DNA of 63,815 bases, counting the filler, from Octopus bimaculoides (Eukaryota): assembly GCF_001194135.2 (NCBI RefSeq). It is 3 parts of 3 records of this genome, joined end to end, with 100 filler letters (N's around TTAATTAATTAA, not from the genome) between each part and the next. Parts side by side here need not be neighbours in the genome. Positions count along the whole stretch, not along the records: positions 31,838 to 60,462 come from NC_068997.1; 2 more parts are not named here. One strand, given 5' to 3'. Shown one piece after another: positions 40,420-52,999 of this stretch. Position numbers and translations under genes: made by a program. Each line of letters begins with the position of its first letter. Position 1 is the first letter of the stretch. The notes beneath the pieces are model-generated. The model made no database searches. It was not told the DNA's origin and was given only the letters and a program-made list of their open reading frames with translations.

Positions 40420-41300
40420 CCGTCATTGAAAACGAAAGCTGGAACTCGAACATTTCAGATAAAATGGTACGAACAGATTGATTGGCTTTGTGCAAGTAGC
40501 GTCCCTGAGAAACTCTGCTGCTGGCCGTGTTTGTTGTTTCAACCGAAAGCTAATCAGTCGTGGACAGACGAAGGCTATAATAATTATAAAAACATCCTGA
40601 GTGACGGTAAGCATCACAGAAAATCAGTGAGTCAGTTAAGTAGTTATAAAAGCTTGAAAATTTCCAGACTGTACGATATTGTAACCGCTATTAATGAGTC
40701 TGCTAAACTGGAAAATAACAAAGAGGTAAAGAAAATAGACAATATTTAAAGCGGTTAACAAATGCAGTGTTATATCTGTGTAAACAAGAGTTGCCTTTAC
40801 GTAGACATGATGAAGGAAGCGACAGCCTTAATAGAGGAAATTACCGTGAACTGTTGCAGTGCTTTGCTGGAATCGACAGCGTGTTTACTTCTAGATTTTC
40901 TACTAAAGAGAGGTCGAAACAGTTTTCAGGAGTCTCAAGACCTGAAAGTCATAGACATGTGAGACAACTCGCTTCGGATCGAATGCGGGAGTGATGGGCA
41001 CCGATATTTCACCATTTTTGTGGTTTGTCCGGAGCGTTTGCTCTTCCACTTTCCAAGGAAGGGGCGTGTTCCGCTCGTCAGACGGTCCATCTGTTGTCAA
41101 TAGCCGCTGACTGGAGTACTGAGCATGCTGTGACTAAATATGCGCAGGCATGCGCTGAAGCTGCGACATTTCTAGCATTTCCTTAACAGTGAGCATGTGT
41201 GGTCGCATTTGTCAGACAGGATTTTCCGCAACTTGTCTCACTGATGGAGCTACAGTCCTGGGTCAAGCGTAGACCGAGAAAGGACGCTTGATAGCCGGAG
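40420..41300 (+). pseudogene. hAT-family transposase relic (TTF-type zinc finger + DUF4371, ZMYM1-like)
   Basis: RTFQIKWYEQIDWLCASS...LCCWPCLLF; LCKQELPLRRHDEGSDSLNRGNYRELL; degenerate DET and DGA motifs; frameshifted. Confidence 0.8.
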
Positions 41301-41879
41301 CATCAATAAGCACACCTATTCAGGCAACACGGTTGGTGGAAGTTAATAGTAATAATAAAAACAGAGGATAAAAATAGAGGATTGATAATAATAAAGTAGC
41401 AATCAATTACTGGCGTCTATGGCATCAAAAATACTGATCTCGTGCTTAAATTAGAAACCGTTATTGCCATAGAAACATTCAGTTTGTTAAACTCTGGTAT
41501 CGAGAAAAAAGTAAAACGCAAAAAGTCAACAGGACCTTTTGACAGAATTGCGCAGATTTAAATCAAAATTCGTTTTATGAAATCATAATCGGAAGTGTCT
41601 ACTGACGTATGCAATTGAAATACCAGTATTCTATTGTATACATGAATAAAATCTCATTTATCTCAGTGAAGTGGCAGTCCTCAAAATTCATTTCCTGATT
41701 TGTAAGATAGAAAAACATAGTTGGAAAATACAGCAAAACGGCTACTTAAAACTTCATAAAATATCAAGTGCTGATAGTGCTGTTAGAAAATATTAGTTCA
41801 TGAGGTGTAGGCGAAGCAGCGAGAGTCTAAATAATAATTTCATTCTCAGTAGGTTCGATTTTTCCAGAATGTATGGAGG

Positions 41880-41953
<74 letters not shown>

Positions 41954-41971
41954 TATTATTATTATTATTAT
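41880..41971. repeat. (TTA)n microsatellite
   Basis: directly visible. Confidence 0.95.
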
Positions 41972-42239
41972 TTGTGTCTAGAGCTGTTGGCCGCGTGTTC
42001 GGAGGTCTGTGAAATTTTCTTTAAATTTGTTTTATGTTTTCTTTTTCCAAATTTTGTTGAACTGTTGTCTTTGTAACCCAGCTCGCCACAAGCAGGGATA
42101 GCTGGGATGGCAAAAAATTCGCCATTTAAGGGCGAATTTTGAGTTTTAATAATTCAAAATTTCATATTATTAAAAAGAAATCTAAACAAAATTTACAATA
42201 TGACCACGGAAATCCTGTGTGTTGAAAATTATTGTAATA

Positions 42240-45200
42240 GCGCTTTCGAAATTTCTTTTCCTCCACTGGAGGCATGAACGAGGGAGCGGAGGAGAACACT
42301 AACACCGCTACCACCACTGCCATCACGAGGACCAACCAGAGTAGCAAACGTAAGCAGGAAAGTAAAGAGAAGGCAAAAAGAATTCTTTCACGTGAAATAC
42401 CTGCAGATATCGCCATTGCCACCACTACCACGTCAAAGAAAGGAGAAAAAATTATTAAAGCAACAACGTCGTTTTCTTCTTCTAAGCAAACACAAAGTGG
42501 ATTCGCTGAAATGTGTCGCAGAATGGAAGAGGTAAAATTATCAGAAACCGCCTTGGCTAGAGCAAAAGTGCATCTAACAAGAACTGGCAGGTCAGTCCAC
42601 CTGAATACACCAGAAGAGGTGCAGGAAGAGACACAGTGGAGGACAATAATATACAGATGTATATCATTGAAAATGTGCAAGATAGAAGGAGCCACGCAGG
42701 CTCAGGCAAAAAAGTGCCGAGACTTGTATGGGACATCGTATATCGAACGTGGTAAAAGCTTTGGTACAGTAGAGGCGAGGTTTTCAACCGAACAACTGGC
42801 CAAAGAAAAAGGCTATGACAACTTTGAAGACCGATGAATTACATATGAATCCCACGTACCTCAGTCGAAGAGTTGTTAGAGTGAAGGTAGCGGAGGTGCC
42901 ACCAGAAGGGGACATCTTTTTACTGGCAGTGGCCGAGTTGTAGGGCATAGAGGAGAGATGTAAAATTCTTGAAACACGGAGACACGAAAAAGAAAATTGG
43001 TACGGTACTGGGATGGAAGTCTTATTGCATGCGGATTTCGCAACCGCACAAGAGATTCCAGATCTCACCGAGCTGCGTGGAGGTTGAAAGTTATTTGTAG
43101 CGGTAGAAGGCAGAAAGGCCAGATGCCACATTTGTGGCCAAACAAACCATTTAAAGGCTTTCTACCCAAGACAATCAAAAGAGAAAACTGAACTGCTGCA
43201 GGCACCTCCAACTACAGCAATAACAGTAGAAGCAACAACACTAAACAAAATAACTCACCAACATCTATAGCTTCCACTCACCGATCAGCAACAAAAACAA
43301 CAGCATCAATACCTGCCAAAACAACAACAACCTTACCAACAAAGCACAGCCAAAAAGTCCCACAAGATTTACCCTTACCCCCTCCCGAACACTCAGACAT
43401 GTCCTGCACAGATGGGGAGGCAGAAGAGCTTAAGTGACAAGTCACCAGATCTAAAAGAAAAAGGAGCAAAAATTCATCAACAAAAGCAGAAAAGTCTGGC
43501 AGGTATGATGGCAGTGAGGAGACACATGACAAAACAAACACACAAACACCTTCCCTATTAGCAACCACACCAGCACTGTCAACAACAACAGCATCCCCAT
43601 CAGCACCGTTGACAAGAACAACCCAGTTCACACACACAACTCGCAGCCCGGACAACCCAACATCAGCAACACACACTCATCAACTACACAACAATAAACA
43701 CAAACAATAAAGAATTAACGGCACACATATACAACCATACAGGCATCACAAGCACCGATTTCATCACACCACCAAACAACACACCATCACACAAAATGCC
43801 TGGTAGCATCACAAAACACATACAATAAAATAAAAACAAAATATCCAGAATGAGTTGGGGGCTTCAGGAAAGATATCAACAAAAGACTCTACAACGAACT
43901 GCTCGTGGAAACACAAATAATCCCGGGGACGGAATAACCGTCCCAGCCTCACCAACAAAATCGCAGTAAGTAGCCTTTTCGGCTTCTATACCTCCATCTT
44001 ACATGGCCTCGCTTACGATAGGCAGTATAAATGCACGTAGCCTGGGATCGCCTTGGAAACAGAGTCATCTACTCAACGACCTCAGGTCACAAAATGTCGA
44101 TGTAGTAGCCATCAGTGAAACCAGTCTCTCCGACCGACGAGCGTTCATACCCATTATCGTTGGATACGAGATCTATTTATCTCCATGTCAGCTGGGAATG
44201 AGAGGTGAAACTGTTGTGTTATTCCGGAGATCCCTGGATCTCGAGATAAAGACTATCTTCCAGAACCCAGAAGTTAAGTTGGTGGTCTTGGATGTGAGCA
44301 TCGAAAACTTGCTCAGACGTTTTCAATTGTCTGACCGGCACCGGCTAGATTTCCCGAATGCGCCAGTGTGAACCTGGTCTAACCGCAGGGTGTCATCCAG
44401 GACGTATTTAGATAAAATTTTCTGTAGGCCAGTAGATAGGAATAGTTTAAGTGCGACGACGTCCTCAGGGAGATTCTAGGCGTCGACGAAGACGAACTGG
44501 CAAGTTTATTCTGGAGGACTTTCCGGTCGGGGATTGTTATGGATAGGGCGCTACCGGCTCGAGATAAACTCTACGGACACGAATGTGCTGTCAGACGGGC
44601 TTGTCCGAGATGCTCGCAGAGCGATGAAACCGTTCTGCATGCACCCGTTCAGTGTCCGGGCATTGCTGACTTGTGGAGTTATGTCGAACAGCTGCTGTCG
44701 CATGTAGGACAGATCCGTCTGTCGTCCGAGTCCATAATGATGATTGCCCCGCCGACCTCCTTTACTGGCAAGGCAGTTTTCCTTTGTCTGGTGGCTGTGG
44801 CAAAAGAGGTGGTCTGGTGGACGAGGCTGAAAGGAATGAGAACAGAAACTTTACTCTCCGAAACCGGCCGCATTAAGAACGGTTTCCAAGTAACGATGGT
44901 CTACTCTATCGAAAACTTTCGACTGATCTAAACTGACTTTTTCAAGTTTCATTTGAGAAGGAAAGTGAGGGTGGAGTGGGAGGTGCTGTCCTCGAGTGAA
45001 TTTATCAAAAGGTGGGTGAGAGTTGCAAAAATGGCTAGAGTGGATGGTACCACTCTCAGTGTAGACCTGTGAGTCGGAAGAAGGAAGTTGGAGTGGGCTC
45101 TCTTTCTTGGTACTCATGGTAATCTTGGATGGTGTAGTCTCTTGATTATCCCTAGAGGTCCTCCTGAATCAAGGGCGATCCCATCACGATCCTTTTACCC

Positions 45201-45345
45201 CCTCTTTTTCTAGTGTCATATACTATGTATACTTCCCTTCTAATGTATACAGTGTATACTTTTTCTTTTATTATTCCATTATATGTAAACCCTCACACTT
45301 TGTCTGTTTTTGTATTGTCCCCTCATCCTTCGACCTGGTGGCAAA
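42240..45345 (+). mobile_element. L1/Tx1-clade LINE, internally deleted (ORF1 relic, APE N-terminus, zf-RVT C-terminus)
   Basis: ORF1 knuckle CHICGQTNHLKAFYP near 43130; ORF2 start MASLTIGSINARSL...DVVAISET at 44003; C-terminal CPRC...ETVLHA..QCP; AATAAA followed by (CAT)n tail. Confidence 0.85.
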
Positions 45346-45432
45346 TAAAGGAAATCATCATCATCATCATTATCATCATCATCAACATCATCATCATCAA
45401 ATTTCAGGCCTTGTGCCGTTAGTAGAAAGGAA

Positions 45433-45459
<27 letters not shown>

Positions 45460-45463
<4 letters not shown>

Positions 45464-45970
45464 TTGTTTTATTTTTATAACGTGCTTTCACTTCACTACC
45501 GAGCGCAGCTCTGTGCGCCTTGGGTATGTGCTGTGGTTTGCTGTGGTGCTCTTATGTTTACTGTATTGAAAGTGTTTTGCGTAGAATGTGTGCAGTACCC
45601 AGTAGTGCAATTTTCTGTATGTTATATATATTTGTAAGTCCTGGTGTTTTTGTTATGTATTTGTCTGAATATTTTTTTATTATACCTAAGGCACCTACTA
45701 TGATAGGAATTGTTTCTGTTTTTAGATTCCACATTCGAATTATCTCTATTTCCAGGTCTTTGTATTTTGAAAGTTTTTCCATTTCTTTTAGAGAAACGTT
45801 GTCATCTGCTGGTATTGAAACATCAATTAGAAGGCATTTTTTTCCTTCATGATCTTTGACAACTATATCTGGTCTATTTGCCTTAATTTCTCTATCTGTG
45901 TGTATTGGCATATCCCAGAGTATGGTTGCTTTCTCGTTTTCTGTGACCTTTTCTGGCGTGTGTTTATACC
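45460..45970 (-). pseudogene. R4/Dong-like retrotransposon 3' end with restriction-like endonuclease domain
   Basis: WYKHTPEKVTENEKATILWDMPIHTDREIKANRPDIVVKD...LIDVSIP...EKLSKYKDL...IIVGALG...QKIALLGTAHILRK; (AAT)n tail. Confidence 0.9.
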
Positions 45971-45984
45971 ATTATTAGGGTGAG

Positions 45985-46205
45985 CTAGAAGAATTGTTAG
46001 CACGCTGGACGAAATGCTTAACGGTATTTCGCCCGTCGCTTCGTTCTGAGTTCAAATTCCGCTGAGGTCGATTTTACCTTTCATCCTTTCGGGATCGATA
46101 AATTAAGTACCAGTTGAGTACTGGAGTCGATGTAATCGATTATCCCCCTCCCCCAAATTTCAGGCTTTGTGCTTGTGGTAGAAAGGTTTATTATTATTAT
46201 TATTA
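45985..46205 (+). mobile_element. SINE family A copy, near full length
   Basis: B-box gagttcaaattcc, core cctttcatcctttcgggatcgataaattaagtaccag, (tta)n tail. Confidence 0.85.
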
Positions 46206-46242
46206 TTACACATGTATTTTTTAAAATCTTTTAATATCTTAC

Positions 46243-46272
46243 CTCTTACTGGTTATCTTCGCCTTAGCGGAG
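46243..46272 (-). CDS. candidate 30-nt exon of unidentified gene, phase 2-2
   Basis: T14-caaaacag|C TCC GCT AAG GCG AAG ATA ACC AGT AAG AG|gtaaga (SAKAKITSK); strong acceptor and donor; only the phase-2 frame is open. Confidence 0.4.
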
Positions 46273-47102
46273 CTGTTTTGAAAAAAAAAAAAAACATATT
46301 TGTAGCTGTAAAACCGACAGACGGAACATTGGAATACTTCTACTATTAAGCTAGCCTTGACAACCATTTTCCCCAAAGTATTTGGTAATTTATTATTTAT
46401 GAAGTCATATATAAATAAAGAGACAGACATTAACCAAACTCTTTAAAGTCAGAATGCCAAACCTCATCAGTAGTCCAGTGTGTCTAGTGGCATCTTTATT
46501 GCCATTTTCTAAGGTTGTTCGGTACAGTTTTTCTAGCGATTAGCTTTTATTTCCCTCCAAGCTAAAATACCATAATTTAGATGGAGATGTACAAGAGAGA
46601 AGTATAGGGCTGTTAGTGCGTTCACAGGAAGGAATGTTTTGCATCTTTTTATAGCCGAGAAAGATGTTAAAGTTTTAAAGTTGATTAGCTGAACATGTTG
46701 AGTGCACTTAATTGTGTCATCTGTTTGTACATGAGGGCAGAGTGGTGTACGGTAGAGTTGGAAGAGTGTCAGGTTGAATGCATTATGGCATTTAGTCTAT
46801 GTCACTTTAACTTCTGGGTTCGAATCCAACTGAGATCGACTTTACCTTACCTTTCATTTAACCCGTGGTCGATGAAATAACTGACTACCTCTATGATCGA
46901 TGTAAACAGTACCACATACCAGTAATTACATCTCACAGTCAATTAAATTATTCACGAAAGACAGAAATATATAGAATCAAGATGAAAGACGTATCAAGAT
47001 ATATGTACGAGTAAAGATGAGAAATAGAATTTCATTATGAAATATGTACGAGATTGAAATATGTGCAATAGGTATCTGTCTGTCTATCTATCTATCTATC
47101 TG

Positions 47103-47141
<39 letters not shown>

Positions 47142-47765
47142 CTATCTCTCTCTCTCTCTCTATATNNNNNNNNNNNNNNNNNNNNNNNNNNNNNNNNNNN
47201 NNNNNNNNNNNNNNNNNNNNNNNNNNNNNNNNNNNNNNNNNNNNNNNNNNNNNNNNNNNNNNNNNNNNNNNNNNNNNNNNNNNNNNNNNNNNNNNNNNNN
47301 NNNNNNNNNNNNNNNNNNNNNNNNNNNNNNNNNNNNNNNNNNNNNNNNNNNNNNNNNNNNNNNNNNNNNNNNNNNNNNNNNNNNNNNNNNNNNNNNNNNN
47401 NNNNNNNNNNNNNNNNNNNNNNNNNNNNNNNNNNNNNNNNNNNNNNNNNNNNNNNNNNNNNNNNNNNNNNNNNNNNNNNNNNNNNNNNNNNNNNNNNNNN
47501 NNNNNNNNNNNNNNNNNNNNNNNNNNNNNNNNNNNNNNNNNNNNNNNNNNNNNNNNNNNNNNNNNNNNNNNNNNNNNNNNNNNNNNNNNNNNNNNNNNNN
47601 NNNNNNNNNNNNNNNNNNNNNNNNNNNNNNNNNNNNNNNNNNNNNNNNNNNNNNNNNNNNNNNNNNNNNNNNNNNNNNNNNNNNNNNNNNNNNNNNNNNN
47701 NNNNNNNNNNNNNNNNNNNNNNNNNNNNNNNNNNNNNNNNNNNNNNNNNNNNNNNNNNNNNNNNN

Positions 47766-47799
<34 letters not shown>

Positions 47800-48497
47800 T
47801 TATATGTAATATCTTGGACTAATGAGTACATGTCAATTAGTGTGCTGATGAATTGAGTAAAGAACTGATGCATATTGGGCTACCTAGTGTCATCCGAATT
47901 TGGGGTGTATTTCTGTTGGATCTACTTCAGGAATTCCGCTTTTAGTTGAGATAGTAATCGATTAAAGAAATACCAAATTCATCTTCTCTTTCTTTAATCG
48001 ATTATTATATATACACACACATACACACAAACACACACACACATACACATAAACACACACACATATGCATATAAACATATGTATATCAAAAGGATGTGTT
48101 GTAATGCTGTTCCACAGTCATACCAACAATCCAACATACCTCCATCATCAGCTGCACCACGGATGTCATTATGGTTTCGACACCTTGGCAGTACCATTCA
48201 ATCCGACCGTGTCAACAGCACTAAAATAAGTGTCGTTTATGTATGTATGTATGTATGTATGTATGTATGTATGTATGTATGTATGTATCAAGGGTTGAAC
48301 ATACAGAACACAACAAGGAGAAAATGTTAGACGAAAGCAGAGTAAACTGGAAACTAGACGAAAACTTAATGGACGGGAAATATAGACAAAGACACGATAC
48401 ACGAAATACTCGCAGCTGAGTTTTCCTCGTCAGTCAATGACCCAAAATACCATAGTGGTTTCGTGTCATTGCCATTTAGACCACTCAGTCTTGGAGG

Positions 48498-48534
<37 letters not shown>

Positions 48535-48538
48535 TATA

Positions 48539-48920
48539 TACGAGGGGGTACCAAAAATAAACCGTAATTTTGCAATATTATTTTATTCACTTAGTTTTAC
48601 TTGTTTACACTTATATCATCTCCAAAATATTCTCCATTTGAAGCAATGCATCGGTCCAGACCCATTTTCCACTGTTTGAAGCAGTCCTGGAACTCTTGCG
48701 AAGTGATGCCTTTCAATGCCCCCGTCAGTTTTTTCTTCGCCTCTTCCACATTTGGAAATTCTGTACCACCAGCTTTCGTCACCATAAACGAGAAGGTCCC
48801 CAAAAGTAACCGGAAACGTTCTCTGTGGGACAAGCCCGTTGTAGTTCAGGTTTCCACCGCTAGTAGCCCCTTCATGCAACCCTCAGGCATCAGTCTGTCG
48901 ACTGGCGTCAGTAAGTGATG
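48539..48920 (-). mobile_element. mariner relic(s) with two same-direction TIR-like ends
   Basis: TA+CGAGGGGGTACCAAAAATAAACCG at 48539; minus-strand FPNVEEAKKKLTGALKGITSQEFQDCFKQWKMGLDRCIASNGEYF; second TIR-like acgagaaggtccccaaaagtaaccgg near 48788. Confidence 0.75.
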
Positions 48921-50500
48921 TCGAACTGCTATGTGGTGCGTATTTGTATTACAATGCTTCTCCCCTGTTCGTCAATTTTTGCGGTGATTTCATTTTTGGC
49001 AACAAGATTTGTCCTTGTTGTAGCAAGTCAATTTGGTATATCAGTCTGACCTTCCGTAGTCCTTTTGAACATACATATCAATTGGTTTCTATAAAATGTC
49101 AGCTTCTTGTACCAATATCCAACTATTAGGTCCCTTTCAGGTGTTGGTTCTCTCAATTGTATTTAACCATGATGCATTCAAGTTGAAATCCCTCTTTTCG
49201 TTCCAAATTTTTGACCAGAATGATTGTAGATCTTCTTGTGAGAGAGCTTTCTTAATGGTAATGTTTTCCGTCCTCATCTCTCTGTATAATGCTTGTGGGT
49301 TGGAAGCAAATTTGTGATTGATACTGGTTCGTTCAAAAATTCGCATGCGATACCGGAGTTTCTCGCTCATCGTCCTAAGTTCATGTTTTAAAGTGATTAG
49401 CTTTCCCTCAAGAGGTCAGTGTGAAGAGTTGCCATAAAGTTTCGTTAATTTTTGTCTAAGGTAGAGTTGGTGAGGCGTAGACTCATTTTTCTCCTTACAT
49501 TTTATTGCTGTAGTTAACCTTCTGTTATGGCGGCACACGTTGTTGATGTTTTCTTCAAGTTTTGTTTTCCATCTAGGTTGTTTTCGTTTAGTAATTTCGT
49601 AACTTTGTTCGCTGTAGATTTCTCGCAGGTGTTCTTTAAGAGTGATAGCGGCGAATATAGGAGTATTTATATTCCAGTAATTAACATCACATGATTCCAT
49701 ATGCTTTCCAGCGATACTGTTGATAACTTTAAAGATTAAATCGGTCGGATTTTTTCTCACTCTTGTTGGGAATGGTCTGTTGCTCAACGAAAGCCTCGAG
49801 AAAGTAGCAAAATCTTTTGCGAATTGTAATTTTAAAATGTTTTTGAGTTGGATGTATTCCGCAGTCTTCGCTACTGAGTCAGCTGAGTTTAGAGACCCGA
49901 ATTTAGCGATGGCGGGAGAAATGGTTTGTTTACATTACTTTTTACGCCGCTTCTGGCAGACATTGGCCCATTCTCAGTGTTTTGGGAGGATCGAGGACCA
50001 GTTTTATTTTTGTTTTGTTTTTTGTTTTTTTACAAAAGATGTTTGTTGTCGGAGCTGTTTCGCCGTGAAGGTAAGTTGGGATGAGCTTTGTCCCAGCATT
50101 GTTTTAACCGCTTCATGTATCTAATTGAAGGGTCATCTCAGGCTTTTTCATAACCCCGAAGTAAATCTTTGTTCAGGTGTTGAGTCCAAGTAAAATGAGA
50201 AGAGTACTTACGTCTTCTTAAATAGCTTACTGGTGAAGTAGTTCTGTTTTAATCGGTGGTGACGTTGTTAGTTTCATCTGTGGTGGTGTTAGTTTCAACC
50301 ATAATCGTGTTAGCGAGATTCCACGTGGTGTAGGTGTATATTTTAAAATCTGTTCAGAATAACGCTACGTTGTTGAGTAAAAGGTGTTTCTCTTATTAAT
50401 TATTGGAGAAATAAACCCGTTATCGATCTAGGCTGGAGAAGTCGGCATATTTCTAGAGGAAGGCGTTCAAATGGACTTTTTAAACGGTCCTCTACACCTG
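48920..50500 (-). mobile_element. degenerate non-LTR retrotransposon 5'/pre-RT segment (R4/Dong-like)
   Basis: fragmented ORFs 49137..49370 and 49416..49787 (FERTSINHKFASNPQALYREM...FWSKIW). Confidence 0.55.
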
Positions 50501-51139
50501 CACGTCCGACGTTGACGGCACCATGTATGTATGTATGTATGTATGCCAATCAAGTTTAAATACATACCACACAAGATGGTATGTGTATAAATCATATGAA
50601 ATGTATATTATCAACATGAAATATGTGTCAAGATGAAATTTGTAGCTGCCCACCATTAAAATGAAATATGCACTATCAACATGAAATATATTCCATCAAG
50701 ATAATACAGAAATCAATATGAAATATGTAGCAGTCGAGATGAGATGTGTAATTAATTATCCATGCATCCAACGGTCGATGAAACAATTATCAGTCAAATT
50801 CTGGAGTCATTTTGTTTGTTTTATGCCAAATCTTTGAAACTATCTGTTCTGATAGGACAAGAGAAGTAGTATAATTTTCTCGTGCTCTTTCTATCTTTGC
50901 ATTGTGTATATTCAATGTTGCTATTTATTTCCAAGCCGGCCAACAATGACCATCACGACTCAATTTTAGGAATAGTGTACTTAGAACTAGTCTATTCAAT
51001 TTGTTCTTTTATAAGACGGTAAGGTGTAATTTTAAGGGTCTGGTCGATACTCTCTCATTGGCATTACTTTCTCCTGTAAGTAAGCTGTGCTTCCAATAAT
51101 ACTTGAGTTAAGTAAGCAATATCTATTGAGCTTAGGACA

Positions 51140-51350
51140 CCGAACTGGCAGAATCGTTAGCACACCGGGTGAAATGCTTAGTGGCATTTCGTCTGTTTTT
51201 ACGTTCTGAGTTCAAATTCTGCTGAGGTTGATTTTGCCTGTCATCCTTTTGGGGTCGATAAAATAAGTACCAGTTGAGCACTGAGGTCAATGGAATCGAC
51301 TTGCCTTCCCCCTGAAATTGCTGGTCTTGTGCCAAGATTTGAAATCAATA
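51140..51350 (+). mobile_element. SINE family A copy
   Basis: same consensus. Confidence 0.8.
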
Positions 51351-52353
51351 TGTATTGAGTTTAGTTATTTCTTGCTGAGTTTAATAATACTAGTTTATTT
51401 GAATTAAACGGAGCTGATAAATTGGATCTTTTTAAAAATGTGTTTCAACATTGATATTCAGTGAGGATTGTCTCAGATGCCATCATAAAAATAGAAGTGG
51501 AATTACTTCAGCTTTGTCTTTATATATATAGTAAGAGACTTGGTCCGAGTATTGATCCTTGTGAGACTCCTGGTACTCTACTACTTTCAAGACATCTGAT
51601 GGTATGTAAATATTATATTACATTTCCCACAATAGGTAACGATTAAATATTTCATTTGCACTGCTTCGTATACCGTACTGTTGTGATTTTGATGTTATAA
51701 TTTGACAGTAGGCATGAAGCCACTTGTAGCAGCTGTTATATCAAGAGATTAGAGGATTGTGTAAATATAGAGAGTGTCAAATCCGGAATCTGGCTAAATT
51801 GGTGATAGTCTGCGTCATAAGTGGAAATTAGTTGGGAGTCTGAGTGGAAAAGAGAGAGAGGTTGGGATGTTGTCGCTTTGGTTGTAAGCAAGTAGAGACA
51901 GTAAGTGGGGAATAACATTCATACCATATTGAACTATAAATGTTTTAACAATGATTACACATGCAATATAAAGAAAAAAATTATTAACTTTATTGAAAAG
52001 TTCTGGTTAAGAAAGACAAGGGAAATAACTCTGTAATCTACATTAATTAAAATCTATACAAATACTTAAATAGCAGTTGGAGGATTAATTTTTGGCAAAT
52101 AAAGTGACCACTCTGGATATGTTTTGATCTCATAAGTCATGTTTAGTTGTACATCTGCTTCCCAGTACTTAAATCACGGTGATCACCTCCACATTTGAAT
52201 ATAGGAAAAATCACTGCATCTCTTGACTTCAGGGATCTGTTGTAAATAAATTTTCTAAAATTTCCTCAGAAGTAACGATTATTCATTGAACCCAACGAAA
52301 GTATTAAGGTTCGTACTAACAATATTCAATATTATTCACGTTTGTTGACATAC

Positions 52354-52373
52354 TGTTGAACATGGCCACGTTC
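52354..52373 (-). CDS. candidate 20-nt exon of unidentified gene, phase 0-2
   Basis: aatgtag|GAA CGT GGC CAT GTT CAA CA|gtatgt (ERGHVQ); 98-nt intron from the 52472 donor; phase matches. Confidence 0.25.
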
Positions 52374-52471
52374 CTACATTAATGTGGATATGTTCAACGA
52401 AAGAAAGTTATGGTTCATTTAAAAACTTCATTTATAGTGCTCCAAATGTTTTACATTACGCTCATGCTTAC

Positions 52472-52506
52472 CTCTTTACTCTTTTCTAAGCTACTTTCTT
52501 GATTTT
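52472..52506 (-). CDS. candidate 35-nt exon of unidentified gene, phase 1-0
   Basis: cgtag|AA AAT CAA...AAA GAG|gtaagc; only this frame is open (NQESSLEKSKE); acceptor tract weak. Confidence 0.25.
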
Positions 52507-52999
52507 CTACGATATATTATTGTAATATTTGAACCTACGAATACTGGTGGTCTCTTCATTAACACTAACAACCGAAGAAACTGTTATAAAAGAGTTAAAC
52601 CGAAGATACAGTTATAAAAGAGTTAACACAGCTATAAAAGTTATCTAAAATTTCTATAGCTTATAGCTGATATTTGTTTCAAATGTAAAGCTTCAAGTGA
52701 AATAGCAAAATCTGCTGAGAATTTATTATACTCTATGTTTGTATGACGTTCATTTTGGGAATTGAGAAAGTGTTTAAATTAATTTTACTATAAATTTTGT
52801 TTGCTTAGTTCGTTGGATTAATTCACTTATTGCACAGAACGTGCTAAAGTGGCCTGAAATTTCTTCAGATTTATCTTTGAGGGATAGAATTAAGATTTGA
52901 AAAGAAAGCACAGTTACTAGTGATACATTTTGCTTCAGTTAAATTCAAGAAAAGAAAAAAGAAAAACAAGGAAATATAAAATATATCAACGAAAAAGGT

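Noticed and set aside
41140-41156. NRF1-like TGCGCAGGCATGCGC motif
   Set aside because: Lies inside hAT transposase remnant with no promoter context.
47044-47873. Long ORFs through N runs (also near 3.1, 19.7, 28.8, 36.4, 38.1 and 62.7 kb)
   Set aside because: X-filled artefacts of assembly gaps.
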